64,000 bases of DNA from assembly GCA_965649295.1 (NCBI GenBank), contig CBFGKH010000001.1, positions 160,001 to 224,000 on the forward strand, read 5' to 3'. Numbering within the stretch: the first letter of the stretch is position 1; the number at the start of each line of letters is the position of its first letter. Below are positions 1-8,128 of this stretch, piece after piece. Under the pieces are notes generated by a model. It saw only the letters and a list, made by a program, of their open reading frames with translations, searched no databases and was not told where the DNA came from. This DNA is from a candidate division WOR-3 bacterium (lineage in GTDB: Bacteria > Hydrothermota > Tepidihabitantia > Tepidihabitantales > Tepidihabitantaceae). The position numbers were made by a program, and so were the translations under genes.

Positions 1-706
1 GTCGCCCCAACCCCAATCGAACTCGACGAACCCACCTCTGACGCAGTCGCCGTCGTCATTGACGTATTTCGCGCCTCGACAACCATAGTCACTGCCCTGG
101 CAGCCGGAGCACGACTTGTGCTGCCGACCGAAGACGTCGAGCAGGCAGTCCGACTGGCCGCGCCCTATCGCAAAGGCGAGGCCCTGCTCGGCGGCGAACG
201 TGAGTGTCAACGGATTGAGGGATTCCAACTCGGCAACTCCCCGCGCGAATACACCAAAGAAGTCGTAGCCGGTAAAGTGATTATCTTCACAACTACTAAT
301 GGCACACGGGCACTACTCGCCGCCCGCGAGTACCCGACGACCTATGTCGGCTGCTTCCTCAACCTCAGCGCAATCGCCACAGCCGTAGCAAGCAGCAACG
401 TAGTTAGCATCATCTGTGCCGGCAATGCTGGAACGCCAGAGCCTCGAAGACTACATCTGTGCCGGAGCGCTCGTTGACCGGCTGACCGGCCCCAGTGTTC
501 AACTCAATGACGCAGCGTTAGTTGCCAAAGCTGCCTGGCGCAACCTCCGCCGCACCTTCCGAACCGTGCTCCAGACCAGCACCCATGCCCAAACCCTTGC
601 CAGCCTCGGCTATGGTCCAGACATGGAAATAGCACTGAAGATTGACTCAATACCCGTCGTCCCAATCATCAGCGACGGTCGCATCACCGCGGCCGCACTT
701 GCCTAA
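1..706 (+). pseudogene. comB: 2-phosphosulfolactate phosphatase (ComB family), 5'-truncated by the window edge and split by an apparent +1 frameshift near 432-433
   Basis: Frame 1 from base 1 reads VVIDVFRASTTIVTAL...GGER...GNSPRE...TTTNGTRAL...CAGNAG. The expected continuation SLEDYICAGAL lies in the frame of ORF 416..706. Removing one A of GGAACGCCAG joins them as GNAG-RQSLED. Confidence 0.8.
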
Positions 707-727
707 GTCCGTCTCCCAGCGTATAAT
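699..727 (+). promoter_or_regulatory. sigma70-type promoter upstream of the TPR gene
   Basis: TTGCCT (699-704), 17-bp spacer, TATAAT (722-727). Confidence 0.5.
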
Positions 728-811
728 ATCGTATCGTGCTGACTAGACACGATGACTACCAAAGAATGGTAGCTTCACCAAAGGGGTTGGACGGTAACCT
801 CCCGGCCTAGT

Positions 812-2491
812 ATGCCTACTGCTGTCCGGTCACGAGAATTGGCTGTCGCACAGGCAATCGCCACGGTCGAGTCAACCCTCGAACGTTCGGCCCGTTACTA
901 CCCCCGCGACCTTCCTTCCCATCATTACGCCCGCCGCACTGGCTGGCACCTTCAGTTACACCGCTCCAGCAGTGGCTTCTGTCGTTACGAGCCGGACGAG
1001 TTCGCACGACTCTCACCGCTAGCGCAGCAGCTCGAGATTGGCCGTGCTCATGCCGAAGCCTTGCTGGTGAGTGAAGCGCTCGGCGAGGTGATTATCAACA
1101 CCACCGAACGCGAAGCCCTGATTGTACGTGCACTTGGCATCCTGCCGACCACCGAGGCCGACCGTTTGGCAGAAGTGCTTGCCTGCTCGGAACTCCAGCC
1201 TCGTCGCATCTGCCGCACTGCCGAGACTACTCTCACCGCCGTAGAGCAGATTGAGGCCGAGTTCGGCCCAGCCACCAGCCTGCTCTACGGCATGCTCGTT
1301 CTCGCCGGCGTGCGCGACGAGCCGGCCATGCTCCGCGAGGCAGCAAGGTTCGACACTCTTTTCGAACGGATTGTGGCTGCTCCGGCAGTCATCTCGGCCC
1401 TGAATCAATCATTGCCCGGTGACGAAACTGCTCGGTTCAACGTCCTCTTTTCGCTGCTACTGGCCGTAAGGGAAGAACTCTGGCGCTTGCGGCCCAATCG
1501 GGTCTCGACCGAGTTTCTCCTGCCGCAGGTGATTGCCGGCTATCTTGGCGAGCGTCCTGGCGTCGGCAACTCTCTCGGTCTTGCCATCATTGACGGACTG
1601 GTTATGGCCAAACTCGGGTTCCCGGTCAGTTGGGATATCGAGAATGACATCATCTACCTGCAGGTGATGGTTGATTCTCGCCGCATCTGCTGGGACCTGA
1701 CCCGACCGTCGCCGCTCTCCTTCGTCTCAATCTGCCGCGGCCGCAGCCTTGACCGCCGTGGCCTGTTTGCCGTTGCCTGGGGCTCGCTGGCCGCCTTCTG
1801 CTTCGGTCGCAGCATGTGGGACAAGGCGATTGACTCCTACAATCGGGTGCTCGAACTTGAGCCAGACTCCACTGCTGCTCGCACCAGCCTAGCTGTCTGC
1901 TACCTGCGCAAAGGTCTGCCAAACGAGGCAATCAAGCTCCTCAAGCAGGCTCTCGCTGCTGACCCGAACTCGGCCGAAGCCTATCATCAGCTTGGCAACG
2001 CCTACGCCACAACCGGCAACTGGTCGCGGGCCATTGACGCCTTCAAACATGCCCTCCGCATCCGGCCGGACTACGTTGAGGTTTATAACAACCTTGGGTT
2101 TGCCTACATGCACACCGATAATCCGACCCAGGCGGTTGCTGCCTTCGAGGCCGCCATCGAGCACCGCCCTGACTACCATCAGGCCTATTTCAATCTCGGC
2201 AACTTCTATTTCGAGCGGGGCGAGCTCGACCGGGCAATCAAGTACTTTCGCGAAACGGTCCGGCTCGCACCGAAGCTGGCCGGCGCGCACTACAACCTCG
2301 GCCGCGCCTACTACGAGAAAGGCGATATTGACAATGCTATCCACAGCTATCAGAAGGCGGTCCAGCTCGAACCCAAACACTTCGGTGCCTGGCACAATCT
2401 TGGCATTGCCTACCGCGACAAAGGCCAGACCGAGAAGGCAGTTGCGGCCCTGGAAAAGGCAGTAACAATCAATCCCAACCTGATGAGGTAA
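812..2491 (+). CDS. tetratricopeptide repeat protein with an N-terminal transglutaminase-like (SirB1-like) region
   Basis: 559 aa ORF. The C-terminal half has about 7 TPRs (AYHQLGNAY, AYFNLGNFY, AHYNLGRAY, AWHNLGIAY). The segment GNSLGLAIIDGLVMAKLGFPV resembles SirB1-like cores. Confidence 0.8.
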   Translation: MPTAVRSRELAVAQAIATVESTLERSARYYPRDLPSHHYARRTGWHLQLHRSSSGFCRYEPDEFARLSPLAQQLEIGRAHAEALLVSEALGEVIINTTEREALIVRALGILPTTEADRLAEVLACSELQPRRICRTAETTLTAVEQIEAEFGPATSLLYGMLVLAGVRDEPAMLREAARFDTLFERIVAAPAVISALNQSLPGDETARFNVLFSLLLAVREELWRLRPNRVSTEFLLPQVIAGYLGERPGVGNSLGLAIIDGLVMAKLGFPVSWDIENDIIYLQVMVDSRRICWDLTRPSPLSFVSICRGRSLDRRGLFAVAWGSLAAFCFGRSMWDKAIDSYNRVLELEPDSTAARTSLAVCYLRKGLPNEAIKLLKQALAADPNSAEAYHQLGNAYATTGNWSRAIDAFKHALRIRPDYVEVYNNLGFAYMHTDNPTQAVAAFEAAIEHRPDYHQAYFNLGNFYFERGELDRAIKYFRETVRLAPKLAGAHYNLGRAYYEKGDIDNAIHSYQKAVQLEPKHFGAWHNLGIAYRDKGQTEKAVAALEKAVTINPNLMR

Positions 2492-2494
2492 CCG

Positions 2495-3319
2495 GTGGGA
2501 CTGCTCAACTGGTTCAAGTCCATCTTCCGCCGCCGCGAGACTGAACTCTCTTCCTTTGTCTGGAAGCCGGGTCGCATCGGCCCCCGCTTCGACTGGCTTG
2601 ACTACACCCACATCATCATCCGCGAGGGCCCACTCAAGAATCAGCAGGTTGAACTCATCACCGACATTCAGGAGACACGAGCCAACGCTTACGTCTCAAT
2701 CAACGGCGTGCAGGTCGGCCGCACCTATGTCGAACGCGACCCACCCGGCAAGGGCGTCGTGCTCTGGGACATCGCTGTCAAACAGGAATACCGCCGCAAA
2801 GGCCTCGCCTCGATAATGACCTACTGCATCTTTCGCGAGCTGCTCACGCTGCAGGAAAGCGCGTTCTTCAAGATTCGGATGATGCGGCTGATGAAGCCGA
2901 CCGACAAGAACGTTGAACTTCAGAACGTCGGCATCGGTGTCATCGCCAATCGCCTCGGCTTCACCCCGGAGTTTCGCATTGACCGTATCCTCCATCCCGA
3001 CAACATCTCAGGCATCGAGATTCTACCGGCCAAAGGCGACTTCCCGCCCAGCTTCAAGATTGTCATCCGCACCTTCCCCCTGGTACTGATTGCCTTTGTC
3101 CTCGACCAGGACACCCTCAAACCGGTTGACGATTTCCGCACCTATGTCAAGCTGTCCAAGGACGAGCGGGTCATCTTTGACTGGGTTCAGCGCGGTCTGA
3201 TTGTCATTGGCAACGGTAACTACTGGTTACGCCGCAACGGCCTCGACCAGTTTGTCAACCACCTGGCCACCGATGAATTTGAGGCGCGGGTTTTCCGCCG
3301 CCGCTTGAGGGCAGTCTAG
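2495..3319 (+). CDS. GNAT-family N-acetyltransferase domain protein
   Basis: 274 aa; acetyl-CoA binding motif A: LWDIAVKQEYRRKGLAS. Confidence 0.7.
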   Translation: MGLLNWFKSIFRRRETELSSFVWKPGRIGPRFDWLDYTHIIIREGPLKNQQVELITDIQETRANAYVSINGVQVGRTYVERDPPGKGVVLWDIAVKQEYRRKGLASIMTYCIFRELLTLQESAFFKIRMMRLMKPTDKNVELQNVGIGVIANRLGFTPEFRIDRILHPDNISGIEILPAKGDFPPSFKIVIRTFPLVLIAFVLDQDTLKPVDDFRTYVKLSKDERVIFDWVQRGLIVIGNGNYWLRRNGLDQFVNHLATDEFEARVFRRRLRAV

Positions 3320-3985
3320 TTGCCGGCACGGTTGCGACTCGATGCCCAGCGCTGCATCGAGATAGCCTATGCGCGACTCAGCCCCCGCATCGGCTGCGGG
3401 CTGATGCTTGCCAGTCTGCCGACGATTGACAGCCCTGACCCGCTCGTCAACGTAATGGACAACTACGGTCTGGGCCGCCTTGCTGCCGACAAACCTGCCC
3501 AGAAGCTGCTCAACAACCCCGGGCTGCTCAAACCGTTCTTTGACAACGCCTTCACCCATCGCCTGCCGCTGAAGCAGAACTTCCGCGAGTCCTTTGGCCA
3601 CGTCGAACTCTACCTCGCCTACGACCCCAGCCAGAAGCGCGCCTGGTTTGTTAGCGACCCCCAAAACAAAATCGCCCTTACCAACTACTTCCGCGACGCC
3701 GTCTCGCTCAGCCTCAAGGCTTCCGGCATCACCCTTCAAGGCTCGCCGGTCAAACTCACCCCGGTCGGCTGGCAGAATCTCCACGACCTTCTCACCGACA
3801 AGTTCCTCAACGACCACAAGGACATTCAACGTATCGAAATCATGAGTCTCGTCTCTGGCACTCGCTGGCGGCAGAACTGCCTCGGCATCGGCGTCACCCT
3901 GCTCAACTTCCGCGACCTGATCGAGATTCGCAAGCTTGTCGAGGACGCCTACCAGGGCAAGGGTGGTGGCGAAGTTACGGTATGA
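3320..3985 (+). CDS. hypothetical protein
   Basis: 221 aa ORF with host-like codon usage, TTG start directly after the GNAT stop, ATGA overlap with the next gene. Confidence 0.65.
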   Translation: MPARLRLDAQRCIEIAYARLSPRIGCGLMLASLPTIDSPDPLVNVMDNYGLGRLAADKPAQKLLNNPGLLKPFFDNAFTHRLPLKQNFRESFGHVELYLAYDPSQKRAWFVSDPQNKIALTNYFRDAVSLSLKASGITLQGSPVKLTPVGWQNLHDLLTDKFLNDHKDIQRIEIMSLVSGTRWRQNCLGIGVTLLNFRDLIEIRKLVEDAYQGKGGGEVTV

Positions 3986-5679
3986 ACCTGCTACTACTCC
4001 TGCTCGCCGCCGCCGTACCGACGCTCGCTCCTTCTGAACTCAGGCCGGGCATGAAAGGCTACGGCCTGTCGGTCTTCTTTGGCACGAAGATTGAACGTTT
4101 CGAAGCCGAGGTGATTGACGTAATGCCAGGAGTTTGGCCGCGTTCAGACATGATTCTTTGCCGATTGAGCGGCCAGGGTCTAGAAGAGTCCGGTATCGTC
4201 GCTGGCATGTCTGGCTCACCAGTTTACATTGACGGCAAGCTAATCGGCGCTGTCGCCTATGGCTGGGAGTTTGCCAAAGAGCCGATTGCCGGCATCACCC
4301 CGATCGGTCCAATGCTCGACATCTGGCAGGCTGGTGATGCCGAGGGCTGGCGGCCAGGCCATCGCAGCCATCTCGCTACTAGCCCCAAAACACCGACCGG
4401 ACTGCGGCCACTCGGTCTGCCACTCGCAGTAGCTGGTCTCACCCCAAATCTGGCTCGCCTACTCGCACCTGAACTCGACTCGCTTGGCCTCTTCCCGGTT
4501 GCCGCCACCGGCCGCACCACCCGTCCCACCGACACTGCTGCCCTTGTGCCGGGCGCGGCAGTCGGCGTACTCCTGGTTGACGGCGATGTCCAGTTCTCCG
4601 GCATCGGCACCCTGACCTATCGTGAGGGTGACCGCATTCTGGCCTTCGGCCATCCGATGTTTGGCGCCGGGCAGGTACGTCTCCCGTTGATTGGCGGCAT
4701 CATCCACTCAGTGCTACCGTCAGCCCTCTCTTCGTTCAAACTCTTCACCCCGACCAGCCCGATTGGAACAGTCACCCAGGACCGGTTTTTTGGAATCGGC
4801 GGCGTCATCGGCCCGCCAGCACCAATGGTACCGCTGCGGATCGAGCTGAGCTCGCCAACCACCCGTGACGGGTACAATTGCCGAGTAATCGAGCAGGAGC
4901 AGCTTGCGCCGATACTTGTCAGCGCGGCACTGGCTGACGTCGTCTATCAGACTGAAGGCTCGCTCGAAGAGATGACTCTCGACTCACGAATGACTCTCTT
5001 TTTCTGCCCCGCCACCGGTCAACAGTCTGCACCGCTTGTCGTTCGGCACCAGCTTGCCGGCCTTGACCCGGCTGCTGCCCTGTTCCGCCGAGCTCGGGCC
5101 GAGCTCGATGCGGTCTGGAACAACGGCTTCGCCCCTGTCCGCGTTGACAGCATCACCTTCGAGCTACGCCTGCGCCGGGGCCAGCGGCTCTGCTATCTCG
5201 AAGCTGCCGAGCCAGAGCCGGCTACTGTCCGACCGGGCGACAGTGTCCGCGCTCGCCTGCGCCTGCGCGAATTTCGCGGCCAGACCTGGCAGAAGACCGT
5301 GACCTTCACCGTACCGCCAACTGCGCCGGCTGGTGAGCTTGAGGTAGTTATCACCACCGCCGATACCCTACGGGCTTTTGAGAGCATGCGGGCCCGGCCC
5401 CTGGTCGAACCCCGTTCACTTGACCGGCTCCAAAGCCTGCTTGCCGAATCCGGTCGCGAGGACGAATTGGTCATTGCCGGCTACAGCCGGACAACTGGTT
5501 TGGTTATCGCTGATGACGAACTGCCCGCGCCGCCGCCCTCATTCAGTTCGGTTGTCGCAAACCGCAGCAATGCCGAGTCAACCACCCTTTATCAGAGCCG
5601 ACTTTTCCGCCAAGTCCTACCATTCGACCGGGTAGTTTCCGGCTCTGCTCGCTTTCGCCTAGAAGTCAGGAGGCAGTAG
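3982..5679 (+). CDS. secreted SpoIVB peptidase S55 domain protein
   Basis: Signal peptide MNLLLLLLAAAV; GIVAGMSGSPVYIDGKLIGAVAY catalytic motif; LAFGHP. Confidence 0.85.
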   Translation: MNLLLLLLAAAVPTLAPSELRPGMKGYGLSVFFGTKIERFEAEVIDVMPGVWPRSDMILCRLSGQGLEESGIVAGMSGSPVYIDGKLIGAVAYGWEFAKEPIAGITPIGPMLDIWQAGDAEGWRPGHRSHLATSPKTPTGLRPLGLPLAVAGLTPNLARLLAPELDSLGLFPVAATGRTTRPTDTAALVPGAAVGVLLVDGDVQFSGIGTLTYREGDRILAFGHPMFGAGQVRLPLIGGIIHSVLPSALSSFKLFTPTSPIGTVTQDRFFGIGGVIGPPAPMVPLRIELSSPTTRDGYNCRVIEQEQLAPILVSAALADVVYQTEGSLEEMTLDSRMTLFFCPATGQQSAPLVVRHQLAGLDPAAALFRRARAELDAVWNNGFAPVRVDSITFELRLRRGQRLCYLEAAEPEPATVRPGDSVRARLRLREFRGQTWQKTVTFTVPPTAPAGELEVVITTADTLRAFESMRARPLVEPRSLDRLQSLLAESGREDELVIAGYSRTTGLVIADDELPAPPPSFSSVVANRSNAESTTLYQSRLFRQVLPFDRVVSGSARFRLEVRRQ

Positions 5680-7686
5680 ATGGCATCAAGAACTCAGAAC
5701 CCAGCATTCAACGTTCTCCACTCTCGGTTCAGACTCCTCGTCCTCTGTACTTTCTTACCTGCCCTCGGCTCGGCGGCAGTCTGGACAACCGACGGCACCG
5801 ACTCGCTCTTGGCCGCGATTGAACGGATTGAGTTCAACAACGTCACAATCAGTTCCAATGGCACCATCACCCTTGCTCCAGAACTGGTCGAGAAGGCAGC
5901 GACCGGTGACAACTCGGTCTGGTCAGTCTGTCCGGACAAGTCCGGGAACATCTACTTTGGCACCGGCCCTAATGCCCGCCTCTATCGGCTGGGTCGCGGC
6001 CAAGCTCAGCCCGAGCTCCTCCACGATGGCGGCACTGGTGAGCTCCTCGCCATCACTGCCGATCCTCGTGGCACCATCTACTTCGCAGTTACGCCTGAGG
6101 CCCGCATCTACCGGCTTCGGCCCGGCGGCCGACCTGAACCCTTCTTCGACACAAAGGAGAAATACCTAAGCTCGCTGCTCTGCGGACCCGACGGCACGCT
6201 CTACTGCGCTACCGGTCCCAATGGCAAGCTCTACCGGATAGCGCCGGACAGTCGGGGTGTCGAAATCTTCGCTGCCCCGCAGGCGAACATCTCCACCCTG
6301 GCCTGGCTCGCGGTGGGTAGAACCCTGCTCGCCGGCACTTCTCCAGACGGCATCGTCTATCGTCTCGAACTCGAAACCGACCAGCCGAGACCCCAAGTCA
6401 CCGTTCTCTACGACACGCCTGAGAATGAAGTCCGCAGCCTTGTCGTCGCCGGTGACATCTACATTGGCACCAATCCTGGTTCAGACGGAACCGGCGATAC
6501 GTCTCGGCCTCGCGTCTATCGCACATCCCCTGACGGCACTCTCCGGTGGGTCTGGACTGCACCGGAGACAACCCTCTTTGCTCTGGCCCCACGACAGAAC
6601 TCCCTCCTCGTTGCTACTGGCAACCGTGGCATTATCTACCAGCTCGACACTCTTGGCCGGCTCTCAGTCTGGCACCGGTCTCAGAACCGCCAAGTCCTGG
6701 CCCTGGCGGTCACTGCTCAAGGTTGCTGGCTCGGCACTGGCACCAGCGGCCGCCTCTACCTCGCCGGTGCCAACCCGGCCCGTTCTGGTCAACTCTCATC
6801 AGCACCATTCGACTGCCAGAACCCAGCCCGCTTTGGCCGCCTCGATTTCCGCGGCCAAGTGCCAGCCGGCACCAGCCTCTCCTTTGAGACCCGCTCTGGC
6901 AACTCAGCAGCGCCCGACTCAACCTGGAATCCCTGGCAACCCGTGCAGGGCCGGGTTGCGGCTGCGCCGGCTCGGTTCCTCCAGTGGCGGGCCCTGCTCG
7001 CCACCGAGTTCCCAGACCGCACACCGCTTCTCAGCCGCGTTGACATCTACTACGAGATTGCCAACCGCGCACCAGCCATTCGCAAGCTCGAAGTCGCTCC
7101 GCTGACTGCGGTTGACGCTCGCAAGGGTGTAGCTCGACCGACCCGCACCGTTACTTGGGAAGCAACTGACCCTGACTCTGACTCGCTCAGCTATCGGCTC
7201 TACTTCCGCGCCGAGGGCGATAAGAACTGGCAACCGGTCAGCCGCGAAATCACCGAACCGAGGTTTGAACTCGACACCCGCGCCATTGCTGACGGCTGGT
7301 ATGAACTCCGCCTGACCGCGTCTGATGCGCCTGACCGACCCAGGCAATCAGCCCAGACATCCGAGTTTATCAGCCGACCATTCCTCGTGGACAACACCGC
7401 ACCGGTCATTTCCGACCTTCGCGCCACCAGAAAGCCTAGCGCCGGCCAAGAGTCAACAATCACCCTCTCGTTCAGCGCCACCGATGCCCTCTCCGTGATT
7501 GCTGCCTGCCGCGTTACCACCAATGTCGGCGAATGGCAACCGATTATGCCAGCCGATACAATTTTCGATTCGAGCACCGAACGTTTTGAGACAACTCTGC
7601 AGCTCGGCCCTGAAGCCAGCACCATTGCAGTCTGGGTCGCTGATGCTCAGGGCAACGTCGGCACAGCCCGGATAAGGGTTCCCTAG
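5680..7686 (+). CDS. secreted beta-propeller (WD40/NHL-like) protein with C-terminal Ig/FN3-like domains
   Basis: Repeated GNIYFGTG/GTLYCATG/LLAGTS blades, then WEATDPDSDSLSY and VDNTAPVI Ig-like segments; SD AGGAGG and direct coupling to the S55 gene. Confidence 0.75.
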   Translation: MASRTQNPAFNVLHSRFRLLVLCTFLPALGSAAVWTTDGTDSLLAAIERIEFNNVTISSNGTITLAPELVEKAATGDNSVWSVCPDKSGNIYFGTGPNARLYRLGRGQAQPELLHDGGTGELLAITADPRGTIYFAVTPEARIYRLRPGGRPEPFFDTKEKYLSSLLCGPDGTLYCATGPNGKLYRIAPDSRGVEIFAAPQANISTLAWLAVGRTLLAGTSPDGIVYRLELETDQPRPQVTVLYDTPENEVRSLVVAGDIYIGTNPGSDGTGDTSRPRVYRTSPDGTLRWVWTAPETTLFALAPRQNSLLVATGNRGIIYQLDTLGRLSVWHRSQNRQVLALAVTAQGCWLGTGTSGRLYLAGANPARSGQLSSAPFDCQNPARFGRLDFRGQVPAGTSLSFETRSGNSAAPDSTWNPWQPVQGRVAAAPARFLQWRALLATEFPDRTPLLSRVDIYYEIANRAPAIRKLEVAPLTAVDARKGVARPTRTVTWEATDPDSDSLSYRLYFRAEGDKNWQPVSREITEPRFELDTRAIADGWYELRLTASDAPDRPRQSAQTSEFISRPFLVDNTAPVISDLRATRKPSAGQESTITLSFSATDALSVIAACRVTTNVGEWQPIMPADTIFDSSTERFETTLQLGPEASTIAVWVADAQGNVGTARIRVP

Positions 7687-7740
7687 CCCAACACCGGACT
7701 TCCCCCGACTGCCTCAGACCTGTTTGAGAGAGCTGGTCCA

Positions 7741-8016
7741 AGCAGCGTAGTAAACAGAGTTCCCAGCCCTGCGGGCAAGAACCCGGACAACGGCCCTGCG
7801 AGTGGTTCTGGGCATGCCAGTCCCAATAGCACAACCAACCCTTCGCCGAACAGCCCAACCAGCCCTTATGCGGACCCTTGGCCGAGCTAAGCCTCCGGCT
7901 ATCCACCAAGCCCTGTTGCCAGTACCTCTGCCGGTAGCCTGATGGGCAGACCCACGGGCAACCTAACCGGTGATTCCCCGAGCCACTCCCGGGACAGTCC
8001 CCGGGATGGGGCCTCA
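7741..8016. repeat. degenerate 12-nt periodic array between convergent genes
   Basis: Cut into 12-mers from 7741, 21 of 23 units start purine-purine-pyrimidine (e.g. AACCCTTCGCCG, AACAGCCCAACC, AGCCCTTATGCG, GACCCTTGGCCG ... AGCCACTCCCGG, GACAGTCCCCGG). Confidence 0.6.
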
Positions 8017-8128
8017 GAAAACCGTATTCATGGACTAACCCACTGTTCTCACGACACTTGCAACCAGGTTCCGCTCGGTTCCGCTGTGTACTTCATAGTA
8101 CACAGCCGGATAACCGATGCCGCTACTG

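Noticed and set aside
1889..2611. Long antisense or alternate-frame ORFs (also 6257..7105, 16654..17256, 30387..30992, 35224..36144, 36144..37052)
   Set aside because: Shadow ORFs of well-supported genes in GC-rich DNA, with no recognisable motifs.
812..3985. Three consecutive genes in one reading frame separated by single stops, suggesting readthrough or an alternative genetic code
   Set aside because: TAG, TAA and TGA all end conserved genes at their expected C-termini elsewhere (prs, ssb, ychF, iscU), so the standard code applies and the shared frame is plausibly chance.
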